Source: an uncultured Methanosarcinales archaeon (GTDB taxonomy: Archaea; Nanobdellota; Nanobdellia; Woesearchaeales; JAGVZT01). Taken from it: DNA of 60,927 nt. The notes under the pieces were generated by a model. It made no database searches. It saw only the letters and a program-made list of their open reading frames with translations, and was not told the DNA's origin. The translations under genes and the position numbers were made by a program. How positions within the stretch are numbered: the stretch's first letter is position 1; each line of letters opens with the position of its first letter. Positions 36,856-45,860 of the stretch are shown one piece after another. The stretch spans positions 1 to 60,927 of the forward strand of contig CAYQPU010000004.1 of NCBI GenBank assembly GCA_964419615.1, in the 5' to 3' direction.

Positions 36856-36899
36856 CTTAAATCATTGTTTATTTTTTAATCTTTTTTAATGCAGGCAAA

Positions 36900-37751
36900 A
36901 TGAAACTAGATCAAGCGCTAAAAGTTGTTGAAGATATGTGGTCATATAATGCACATACCGATATTTTAGATAATCCTGCGCTAGAAAAACTACTAGAGGA
37001 GCTTCATCAAGGTTCTGGTCAAATCTTATCAGAATTTTTATCTGATAGAGGAGATAGTTGGTTAGTTGATAACTCTGATGTATCTATGATTATACCTTCC
37101 TTTGGAGAAGTAGGATCTGATTCAAAAGAGTTGTTAGGTGACATAACAACATTTCTCTTCCTAAAGCGTTCCTTTTACCACGAGCTAGAAAACTACTCTA
37201 ATTGGAGTCAAACCGAACATCCAGATGTTGTTGATTATGGAGAAGACGCAGAAGCTTGGTATAATAGTATGAGTGTAACTCTTAAGAGTATATCTGCTTT
37301 TGTTGCTGGACTTCCATTTCTAATTGGTGGTCAGTTTTATGGTCCATCACTATTTGTTGGATTAACCTTATGGATAGGGGGTTTAGTTGGCTACCTAGCT
37401 AACTTTAAAAACACCCATGAACTAGATGATGAAGGAAGTGCTTTGTGTTTGTTAGATGAGTTGAAGTCAAGAAGTATGGATGACAATGATTTTTATGATC
37501 TATTGTCTGAAGAATTTGATCAGCTTAGTTACTTTTCTAGAAACTTCTCAGCAATAACCTCAGCCATAGAAAGAAGTAGAACTGGTGGAATTGAGAAATA
37601 CTTTGGAGACATTAGGGTTGGAATAGCACAAGCTCAAGGCAGGATTAGCCTTGAGGCATTTAGATATGATGCAAAATCTATTAGTACTTCTCGAAAGGAT
37701 ATTGATTGTGCAACATCTTATAATGATACTACTTTTAGCAACCTTAATTAA
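36900..37751 (+). CDS. Hypothetical membrane protein (two TM helices)
   Basis: Hydrophobic hairpin ISAFVAGLPFLIGG..LFVGLTLWIGGLVGYL. Confidence 0.65.
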   Translation: MKLDQALKVVEDMWSYNAHTDILDNPALEKLLEELHQGSGQILSEFLSDRGDSWLVDNSDVSMIIPSFGEVGSDSKELLGDITTFLFLKRSFYHELENYSNWSQTEHPDVVDYGEDAEAWYNSMSVTLKSISAFVAGLPFLIGGQFYGPSLFVGLTLWIGGLVGYLANFKNTHELDDEGSALCLLDELKSRSMDDNDFYDLLSEEFDQLSYFSRNFSAITSAIERSRTGGIEKYFGDIRVGIAQAQGRISLEAFRYDAKSISTSRKDIDCATSYNDTTFSNLN

Positions 37752-37825
37752 CTCATATTTTGTCACCACTATTAAGATATAAAAAATACAAAGGCTTATA
37801 TACAAAAACACTTTCCTGATTATAT

Positions 37826-39526
37826 ATGAAATCTGCACTTGATAACTTAGTAGACTACAATGTTTTATGGCTTGGAAGACATGTTGCTTTAAGCACTCAT
37901 CAAGTAAAATATGGTCATCAAATAGCAGGTGCATTAACTGAAGATTTAGATTTTATAGGAGACAAACCAAAGCCGGGTAGAATATCAAATATCATATTTG
38001 CAGTGACATCAGGTAATCAACATCTTCTAAGAGACAACCCAATCGGTTTTGCAGATAGAATTGTTCCATTAAATGACTTAGGGCGTCTTTTGGAAGATAA
38101 TTATGATGTAACTTACAGTGTTGTAAGCATACCTCATTTTCCTCAAATTCATAACTGGCCAGAAGTTGTCACAAAAATTGTCTCAAGACATTATGGACTT
38201 GGGGATAAACCATTTTTTAATCCTGATAATATGATCTTTTTGGGATCCACTCCTGCTATTGTTAGATTATTTCAAATGGAAGGATACTCAGTTTTGGGTT
38301 CTGAATTAATTTCACTACAACCCGAACCAAAATACTGTGCAAGAAATCCATGGGATATTTTAATGGAAGCAATAAAAATTCCAAATATAAATAAAATTCC
38401 AGATCTATCTTCTTATACCAAAAGATGGTGGGCATCAAATACCAAAATTTTGAATGATGCTAAAAAACTATTCGCTGATCCACTAATGGGAGGACTAACT
38501 TCAACAAGAGATTACTTCTCGTATGGTTGGGACATGAGTAACCCTGCTGTTATGCAATCTAAATATGATTCCTTAGATAAATTTTTATTCCCAGGAAAAA
38601 TTGTTGATGAAGGATGTTCTGATGGTGCTTTACTAGCAGTAATCTCAAGAGAATTTCATAAAAAATACACTGATCAGCAATTAGCAGACATTTCTTTATA
38701 TGGTGTAGATATCAGTACTGAATTTTTTAATAGATGTTTATCAAAACGACAATCAGGAGCATTTGGTAAAATATTAGCATATTTTGATCTGGCAAATATA
38801 ATGAACATAGAAAGTGGACCTGGTAAAAGAGACATTACTATTTGTAATTCCACACTACATGAATTATGGTCTTATGGTGAGCAAGAAGAAACATTAGGAG
38901 AATATTTTAACCTGAAATATGGACAAACAAATGATAATGGAAGATTAATCATAAGAGATGTTTTAGCTCCAGACAATCCAGATGATGAAATCTATTTACT
39001 GGTAAATCATGAAGATGGAAGCAATGAAGATTGGAACAAACAATTCTCAACAGAAGATAGAGTTGCTCTGCAAGGTCACCTAGAGAATCTTTCAACTCAC
39101 GCTAGGTTCAAAAGATTTGCAGTAGATTATTTGGCTTCAGTAAGAGATGTGAAAAGAAGAGGACCTGAAACACAAATTCAATATGAAGAAAACGAAATTG
39201 ATGGTCAAACATACATAATAACAAAAAGAAAATGGGCAGCTGAATTTATGATAAGAAAAGATTGGACAGACAGTTGGTACAGTGAGATGAATGAAGAATT
39301 CTCATTTTGGACTCATGATCAATGGAAAGCAGAACTAGAAGATTCTGGTTGGAGTTTAATTGTTAATGAAGAACACCCAGAACTTGGAAGCCGAGCTTAT
39401 GTTGACCATTGGAAAATCAAAGATTGGATTGGAAGTGTTGAGATGTTTGAACTTGTAAATGGAGATTTAGTAAAAGCTGAACTTCCGTATACTAATCAAA
39501 TATTGATAGCTGAAAAAATAAAATAA
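37826..39526 (+). CDS. Fusion of a degenerate NadM/NMNAT-like nucleotidyltransferase domain and a class I SAM methyltransferase
   Basis: N-terminal LGRHVALSTHQ / IIFAVTSGNQ..RDNPIGFADR parallels NadM GRFQPFHxGH / IGIGS..NPF..ER. C-terminal VDEGCSDG, YGVDIS, NSTLHEL, GRLIIRD. Confidence 0.65.
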   Translation: MKSALDNLVDYNVLWLGRHVALSTHQVKYGHQIAGALTEDLDFIGDKPKPGRISNIIFAVTSGNQHLLRDNPIGFADRIVPLNDLGRLLEDNYDVTYSVVSIPHFPQIHNWPEVVTKIVSRHYGLGDKPFFNPDNMIFLGSTPAIVRLFQMEGYSVLGSELISLQPEPKYCARNPWDILMEAIKIPNINKIPDLSSYTKRWWASNTKILNDAKKLFADPLMGGLTSTRDYFSYGWDMSNPAVMQSKYDSLDKFLFPGKIVDEGCSDGALLAVISREFHKKYTDQQLADISLYGVDISTEFFNRCLSKRQSGAFGKILAYFDLANIMNIESGPGKRDITICNSTLHELWSYGEQEETLGEYFNLKYGQTNDNGRLIIRDVLAPDNPDDEIYLLVNHEDGSNEDWNKQFSTEDRVALQGHLENLSTHARFKRFAVDYLASVRDVKRRGPETQIQYEENEIDGQTYIITKRKWAAEFMIRKDWTDSWYSEMNEEFSFWTHDQWKAELEDSGWSLIVNEEHPELGSRAYVDHWKIKDWIGSVEMFELVNGDLVKAELPYTNQILIAEKIK

Positions 39527-39642
39527 AAAATAATATAATTAAAATTTTTTCAATATGTTACTTATTCCTCAGGAATTTTCAGTGTCCCATTATCATACAA
39601 ACGCTTTCCATTTGCTACCAAATTAACAACAAGTACAATTCC

Positions 39643-39873
39643 CTATATCCCAGCATGGGCAACTGTACCTAGAGGAAAATAAAACCAAGAACCAAAAGAA
39701 GCACCACCCATTATAGCTTTGCCAAATCCTTCATTTTTTCTAAAATTTTCCATTTGTTCTTCAAAATCTGCATGAGGTCCACCATAAAATGCTACACCCC
39801 CAATTGTTCGAATATCATACCCTAGTTTTTGTCCTGCCCATTGTAATGGTATACCCAGTGGATCAAAACCCAT
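39643..39873 (-). CDS. Small hypothetical membrane protein, possibly interrupted by an in-frame TAG
   Basis: 76 aa to TAG; the frame continues for 26 sense codons to TAA at 39562-39564. Confidence 0.45.
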   Translation of the reverse strand: MGFDPLGIPLQWAGQKLGYDIRTIGGVAFYGGPHADFEEQMENFRKNEGFGKAIMGGASFGSWFYFPLGTVAHAGI

Positions 39874-39903
39874 TAATAATCCTTTGATTGGTATATCTCT
39901 AAG

Positions 39904-40809
39904 TTATTCTTCAACACTTTTGAAATAATGAGCTCTTTTATGAGAAATATCTCCTAGTAATGTCAATGGTTCTCCAAATGATAATTCTAGAATCCAACCT
40001 TCAGGCAAATCATAAACAATACTTTTACCATCTACGTAAATTTTTCCTGTTGGTGTTAGTGACTGAATATAAAGTGTATCTGCAAATCTATATTTATCCC
40101 TTTCTTCAAGGTTACCTCTTATGTGATATTGAATTTCTTTTTGATCCAGCGGCATAATGATTCCACCTTCATTTTTCATTGATGCTGTGGAACCTGCAGC
40201 AGTACATACCAGAACTCCATAACTCTCTCTAAAAAACTGAGGGTCAGGATCTTTATTTGTCCAATACCTAAATGAAGTATTTGCTTGAGGTATATGGTGA
40301 GCAAACATAATATCATTAATAATTAGTTCATCAAGTATTTTAGGACCTCCATTTGAATTAACACCATTCGCAACCTTCATTTTTAGTCTATGGATTGTTG
40401 TGGTTGGCTGGGATTCAATACTTTCCAAAAATTCCCTTAATTCAGCTGTTACAATAGAACAAAAATGTCCAACACTCCAATAATCATCTGTATTTTGAGC
40501 TAAAAGAGGAATTCCACTTAAGTGATGTCCTGCACTGAGAAAAGTTCCATCTCCACCTGAACTTAAAACAGCTTTATATTTGTTTTCATCTATGAAAGAT
40601 CCTCTCCTAACATGGTCAAATTCCACACCTAGGTCATTAAGGATCAGAATTGTTTCCTGAACATTGAAAAAATGCTCTCTATAGCTTCTTCTCATATCAA
40701 CAGCATCTTCCTGATCACTAAATAAGAACATTACATCATCTAAGTCACCAGAAAGAATGATCTCTTCATACCTAGTAATTTTTTCATATAGTAAGAGTTT
40801 TCCAATCAT
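39904..40809 (-). CDS. nadK: NAD kinase family protein (divergent)
   Basis: SSGGDGTFL, IINDI, GVLVCTAAGSTA; own TATA (TTTATATA, 40833-40840). Confidence 0.85.
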   Translation of the reverse strand: MIGKLLLYEKITRYEEIILSGDLDDVMFLFSDQEDAVDMRRSYREHFFNVQETILILNDLGVEFDHVRRGSFIDENKYKAVLSSGGDGTFLSAGHHLSGIPLLAQNTDDYWSVGHFCSIVTAELREFLESIESQPTTTIHRLKMKVANGVNSNGGPKILDELIINDIMFAHHIPQANTSFRYWTNKDPDPQFFRESYGVLVCTAAGSTASMKNEGGIIMPLDQKEIQYHIRGNLEERDKYRFADTLYIQSLTPTGKIYVDGKSIVYDLPEGWILELSFGEPLTLLGDISHKRAHYFKSVEE

Positions 40810-40876
40810 TAATATATGCAAACAATTTCTCATATATAAATGTTACCACTAAATAATGGCTAAATCTTGCAGGTTT

Positions 40877-41716
40877 TCACTTAAATCCTTTTAATCTTCT
40901 ATTCTCATCTAGATCCCCAACCATTTCCAAAGGTTCACCATACTCACAAACAATCCTATCACCTAGTCCAAACCTATACCAAACATGCTCTCCATCTACT
41001 CTCATAATACCTTCCCTTGTTTTTGAAACAAGCTCTAAATGTGTTGAGGGTACAAACTCTCCAATCTTGTCCCTAGAACCAGTAATAAAATAAACAAAAT
41101 CAGCATCCAAAGGTAAAACCTCTGATCCAAAGTTGTGCACTCCTCCAGTACTTCCAGAAGGAGTTGCAACAAACAAATCATAACAATCTCTAATCTCATG
41201 AAGCTTCCCCTCTTCAATAAGATCATGCCTAAAATTGCCTCTATTTTCGTGATAAACTAAAATATCATTAAGCACAAGTTCATCCAAAACCTTATCATTA
41301 AAAGTCAACTGTAATCTTTGTACCTTTGTTCTAGGAAAACATTCTAAACTATCCAAAACATCAGCGAACTCATAGGCATTACAGCATGTGTAAATACCTC
41401 TGCTTTTATCTGGATCAGAATTAATACCTAACAAAGGTATACCTCTAATAAAATGTCCAGCTTCAATAAAAGTTCCATCCCCACCAACAGTAACAATAAG
41501 ATCATAACTAGAAAGATCTGGTCTTTTGGATCTATGGAAAATATCAAACTTAACATTTGTGTTAGATAGGGTATTAACAACAGTCTCAAGAGATTTTTCA
41601 TGAGCATCATGACTTTTTAATAAAACAGGATTCTCTGCATAATCTCTTGTCTGTTTATCTGGTGATGATTTATAGTAGCTATGCAAACTATTCTTGTGCA
41701 AGACTAAGATTGTCAT
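40877..41716 (-). CDS. nadK: NAD kinase family protein (divergent)
   Basis: TVGGDGTFI, GINSDP, VLNDIL, VATPSGST, VDGE. Confidence 0.85.
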   Translation of the reverse strand: MTILVLHKNSLHSYYKSSPDKQTRDYAENPVLLKSHDAHEKSLETVVNTLSNTNVKFDIFHRSKRPDLSSYDLIVTVGGDGTFIEAGHFIRGIPLLGINSDPDKSRGIYTCCNAYEFADVLDSLECFPRTKVQRLQLTFNDKVLDELVLNDILVYHENRGNFRHDLIEEGKLHEIRDCYDLFVATPSGSTGGVHNFGSEVLPLDADFVYFITGSRDKIGEFVPSTHLELVSKTREGIMRVDGEHVWYRFGLGDRIVCEYGEPLEMVGDLDENRRLKGFK

Positions 41717-42270
41717 GCTGTCATCAACACCTCTAGTAGATCTTTATCATAAACCTGTTTGACCCGAGCATTACCTTCAATTCTTTCAAGGACTTTTAGT
41801 GTTCCAGCTGGAACATACTCTACCACGCTAAGACCATTATGCATCCTATGCCTAATATCAGTGCCAGATACATGCTTAAACCTTGGAAAATCTGAAGACT
41901 CAAAACCACGCTGCTCAAAATACTCTCTCTCACTTTCAGAAGGAGTATACACTCTATAGAATTCAGGAAATATATCCTTTAAAGACTCAAACCATTTATC
42001 ATAATCATGTAGGTCTGGAATGGGATAAATTGAAACTTGTTTTGTAACAATCTCTTCAACAGATTTTTCAACCATCTCTTTTCTTTCTTCAAATGTAAAT
42101 GGATTACGTTTCCAAGCCTCAACCAAACTCTTATTCTCATGGTCATATTGACTGCTTCCAATACCTATTAGAATCTCATCAATAGATTCATCCTCATCCA
42201 TGAATTTAATAACTTCCAAATGAGCTGTGTGAAAAGGTTGAAACCTTCCAACATATAATCCCCTGTTCAT
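41713..42270 (-). CDS. nadM: Nicotinamide/nicotinate mononucleotide adenylyltransferase
   Basis: GRFQPFHTAH, IGIGSSQ, NPFTFEER, SGTDIR. Confidence 0.92.
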   Translation of the reverse strand: MNRGLYVGRFQPFHTAHLEVIKFMDEDESIDEILIGIGSSQYDHENKSLVEAWKRNPFTFEERKEMVEKSVEEIVTKQVSIYPIPDLHDYDKWFESLKDIFPEFYRVYTPSESEREYFEQRGFESSDFPRFKHVSGTDIRHRMHNGLSVVEYVPAGTLKVLERIEGNARVKQVYDKDLLEVLMTA

Positions 42271-43661
42271 ATCAATACCTCCAATCTTTGCCTTACATCT
42301 ACTGCACATGGTCTTTTCAATGGATCTTTGTCTAGCATCTCATAGACCAATTCCTTTAATTCAGGATTAACATTCAAAACTTCAGAATCTCTGACAGGAC
42401 TATAGGCATGTGCAAGTCCATATTTTAACACCTCACTTTGCCTGCAATCTTCACCTTCTTTGAAATCAAAAAATTCAAAAGGATGTTCTCCAGTCAAAGT
42501 TTCATAAAGAACAATACCAAGCTGAAAAATATCTGAAGCCTTATAAGAAGTAAAACTTAAAACCATCTCTGGTGTCAAGTATCTTGGTGTGGACAATAAT
42601 GAATGAGCTTTTTCACCATGTTGTACCATACCAAAATCAAGTAATGTCAAATCTTCACAATGCACAATAATATTCTTAGGCTTTACATCCATGTAGATAA
42701 TATCTTGTTCGTGCAGATACTTCAAAACATCAGCTAAATCTCTAGCATAACTTATTGCTAATTCTTGTGAAAGCAAATTAGCTGGATCAATATGTTCAGT
42801 GAGTTCATGTCCTTGTGCAAACTCAAAGATCAAAAACTCTGTACCTTCATGGAAAAAACTACCATAATAACCCACAATATTTGGATGTTCAATTTGTTCT
42901 AAAATCTCTTTTTCTCTTGTTTGACCTTTAGGATCAGCATAATCTAGCTGAAACCTAAGTCTTTCTTTTAAAACTCGATCTCCATCTGGAGTGTGTATAG
43001 CACATAAAAAAGCAGAATTTGGAAAAAACCTATCTTCATCACCCTCTTGGATAACACCTAAAACCCTAGCACCATTTTTACAAGCATAATCTTCCACTAA
43101 ACTTAGATTCTGTTCTCTATTAGAGCTCTTTCTAATATTGTAATCAATCTTTGCCAAATGGATTAAATCAGGATTCTTTGTTTTCTTAGCAAGAAAATAT
43201 TTAATAGGAGTGTTACCTCCTCCAGTTGAAACCAATTCCTTAACATTTTCCTTTAGCACCTCAGTTGGATCAAGACCAATTTGTGAAATCTCATTTTTAA
43301 TCCTCTCAAAATCAACAGTTTGAATATAAAAACCATCTTCATCATGATAAAGAGGGATCATAGAAAATGATCTATCAAGTAGAAAGTCAAAATACTCATC
43401 AGGAGATGCAAGTGCTTTTACGACATTAATGTCTCCACCATACCATAATGCTACTTGTCTTAATTCATCAATTCTATCTTGATTACCTGATTTACTATAG
43501 TATTGCAAAGCTTTTTCCAAACTCAAGTTTAATAGATATGCTGTTCCTGCAAACTCAGACGATTGAGAATCATTAGAACTTAAGACAACCTGATCAATAC
43601 TCTCAAGACTAGCAACATCTCCAAGATCAAAAACCTGTTTCATTAATTCATTAAGTTTCAT
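42267..43661 (-). CDS. Hanks-type Ser/Thr protein kinase (non-RD) with ~200-aa unknown N-terminal domain
   Basis: RVLK, REKEIL..IEHPNIV, YMDVKPKN, LLDFG, TPRYLTPE, SDIFQLG, KRP. Confidence 0.92.
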   Translation of the reverse strand: MKLNELMKQVFDLGDVASLESIDQVVLSSNDSQSSEFAGTAYLLNLSLEKALQYYSKSGNQDRIDELRQVALWYGGDINVVKALASPDEYFDFLLDRSFSMIPLYHDEDGFYIQTVDFERIKNEISQIGLDPTEVLKENVKELVSTGGGNTPIKYFLAKKTKNPDLIHLAKIDYNIRKSSNREQNLSLVEDYACKNGARVLGVIQEGDEDRFFPNSAFLCAIHTPDGDRVLKERLRFQLDYADPKGQTREKEILEQIEHPNIVGYYGSFFHEGTEFLIFEFAQGHELTEHIDPANLLSQELAISYARDLADVLKYLHEQDIIYMDVKPKNIIVHCEDLTLLDFGMVQHGEKAHSLLSTPRYLTPEMVLSFTSYKASDIFQLGIVLYETLTGEHPFEFFDFKEGEDCRQSEVLKYGLAHAYSPVRDSEVLNVNPELKELVYEMLDKDPLKRPCAVDVRQRLEVLI

Positions 43662-44449
43662 TCTTCAAACTCATCTCTAAACATACTTATGCTTGCATTA
43701 GCGTACAATTTGCAAAGTGTTGTAATTGCATAAACAGAAGCATCATACTCCCTACCTGCAAGAAGAGTATTTTCGATAAACTCAATATCACATTCATCAT
43801 CAATAAAATCCAAAGCAGCATCACAAAAAATTGCAGCTTTTATGTCATACCTTGAATTAATTGTTGGCAGAACATCTTTTATCACTTCATTATTAATCTG
43901 ATCTACAACTAAAGCTGCAAGACTAATATAGTGACTTGGCACATCCCTAAGATTGTCAAAAGAACCTCCTGCAACCACATTAAGTCTATCATATCTCTCT
44001 TTACTCTCAGCTTCAGTGGATGGATCCAGGATGTTATTCATCAAGTATTGAGCAACAATATACTTTAGCACAAACTCTAGATTTGGATCAAGTTCTGGAT
44101 CTCTTCTCTCCATCTCATCCCCAAATTCAGCAATCCTTGCAAACATAGAAAAATCATCAAAGAAAACTGTGGCAGCATAATCCATCACTACAAAAGCTTT
44201 AAAAAAATCTTCTCTGGTAGTTTTTATAGGATTATTAATAGCCTCATCACTAACAAGTTTATCAATATAAAGAGCTTGTACTGGACCAAAGTTTAATGGA
44301 AAATCCTTGCTAGAGTCATCTGGTAGATTCTGTAAAGTATAACCAAACATTACTAGTTGATGAGTTTCAATCTCACCCAGGTCAATCTCTCTAATGTTTG
44401 TTTTTGTATTCTTGTTCTTTAATGCTGCAATTAAATCTATATCATTCAT
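43658..44449 (-). CDS. Hypothetical helical acidic protein with a DDxxD motif
   Basis: ATG 44449 overlaps the E1 stop; FFDDF and FIDDECD segments; family not established. Confidence 0.6.
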   Translation of the reverse strand: MNDIDLIAALKNKNTKTNIREIDLGEIETHQLVMFGYTLQNLPDDSSKDFPLNFGPVQALYIDKLVSDEAINNPIKTTREDFFKAFVVMDYAATVFFDDFSMFARIAEFGDEMERRDPELDPNLEFVLKYIVAQYLMNNILDPSTEAESKERYDRLNVVAGGSFDNLRDVPSHYISLAALVVDQINNEVIKDVLPTINSRYDIKAAIFCDAALDFIDDECDIEFIENTLLAGREYDASVYAITTLCKLYANASISMFRDEFEE

Positions 44450-45860
44450 TTTGTTCACCATACAAATGCCCCATTTTTTCCATCCAATCACTTTTGTGAG
44501 CTCTTGGTTTACATCCCCCTTGCATTGAGAAAACACCGAATCTAAGGTCCTCTCTAGTACTATACTTGATGATACCCTTCAATGGATCCTTACCATTTGC
44601 AAGCCTTATTGCCTCACCAACAAGAGCAGAACCCATTGTCTTATTTGTATTAATTACAGAGGCATCAGGTGCGTAAATGCAACTAGCAGGATTATAAGAT
44701 GCAAGAGCCATGTCATCAATACCAGTCTGGCAATCAAGGCATGCAGTTCTACCTGGAAACACAGTACTAACCTGACCACCACTAGTACTAGTACCAACAC
44801 TCAGATATGGAACACCATATTCATTGACTAAATAATTTAGCAAAGCTCTAGTTGCATGATTGTCAACACAATCCACAACCAAATCAATACCCTCAAATAG
44901 ATAATCAGAATCTAAATCTACTTTAGCGTCAATAGCAGTAATGTTTGCTTCAGGTTTAATCCTAAGCAATTCTCTTCTTAAGGCCTCAGACTTCTTATGA
45001 CCAACAGAATTATGGAAAAATACTTGTCTGTTTAGATTATGATCTTCAACAACATCATAATCAACTATGATTAATTCACCAACTCCAGCTACAACAAAAC
45101 CCTTTGCAGTAAAATTACCTGAAGCACCTGCTCCAATCTGTAAAACAGTCAAATCAGAAATATCAGTTGAAGTAAGAGGAGAATTTCTCTTCCAATCAAA
45201 TCTACTTGCAGACTCCAAATTATAAACAATAATATCCTCAAGTTCCTCCTCTCTTTCAAGAGGCATTACTAATTTTCTTGCCTCATCAACACCAAATCCT
45301 GCAATAAATTGACTAGGAATCACTCCCTGAGGTTCTCCAAAAAAATCATGAAACAAAGCATTTTGAAAAATCTCCATGCTTGAGTCAAGAGTATAAACCG
45401 CACCAGCTGAAACTTTCTCAGATGCAACCAAACTAACAACTGGAATATCAAAATCTGCTGCATATTCCAAAACATTAAGCTTTGATATAGGGTTATTTGT
45501 TGCTTCAATAATAACATCAGGATCACCAATGAGAGTAACATTCCTACCTTTAGCAACATCTATGTTATGAGCTCTAACTTCAACATCTGGATTTATTTTC
45601 TGGGCAAACTCTGCAATTGACTTTGCTCTGACCCTTCCTGGTGAATGCACATAACCCTGTGTGAAATCTCTTTCCTGTGCAATTCCATGTCCATATATTT
45701 CTATTTGACCAAAACCAAGAGCTGCTAAAGTGACTGCACAGTCGTTGGCTAAAGCATCTCTGCCAATCAAAGCAACCTTGGCATCACTTAATAGCTCTTG
45801 ATCCCATCCATCTATTAGTTCTTGTCTATTGTATCTATTAACCTGGTTCATATTATTCAC
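44442..45860 (-). CDS. Ubiquitin-like activating enzyme E1 with two ThiF domains (inactive + active adenylation)
   Basis: N-domain RYNRQ with degenerate IGRDALA. C-domain GAGASG, DYDVVEDHNLNRQ, DCVDN, TACLDC and PASC (candidate catalytic Cys). Confidence 0.9.
   Translation of the reverse strand: MNNMNQVNRYNRQELIDGWDQELLSDAKVALIGRDALANDCAVTLAALGFGQIEIYGHGIAQERDFTQGYVHSPGRVRAKSIAEFAQKINPDVEVRAHNIDVAKGRNVTLIGDPDVIIEATNNPISKLNVLEYAADFDIPVVSLVASEKVSAGAVYTLDSSMEIFQNALFHDFFGEPQGVIPSQFIAGFGVDEARKLVMPLEREEELEDIIVYNLESASRFDWKRNSPLTSTDISDLTVLQIGAGASGNFTAKGFVVAGVGELIIVDYDVVEDHNLNRQVFFHNSVGHKKSEALRRELLRIKPEANITAIDAKVDLDSDYLFEGIDLVVDCVDNHATRALLNYLVNEYGVPYLSVGTSTSGGQVSTVFPGRTACLDCQTGIDDMALASYNPASCIYAPDASVINTNKTMGSALVGEAIRLANGKDPLKGIIKYSTREDLRFGVFSMQGGCKPRAHKSDWMEKMGHLYGEQNE

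Noticed and set aside
39562-39645. Genome-wide amber recoding (pyrrolysine or alternative genetic code)
   Set aside because: TAG ends several well-supported genes (3418, 4027, 29262) and no pyl genes are in the window.
44442-45860. Ordinary ThiF/MoeB/UbaA sulfur-carrier role for the E1
   Set aside because: No thiamine, molybdopterin or tRNA-thiolation genes nearby; the two-domain architecture and E2-like neighbour fit protein conjugation better, although this is not proven.
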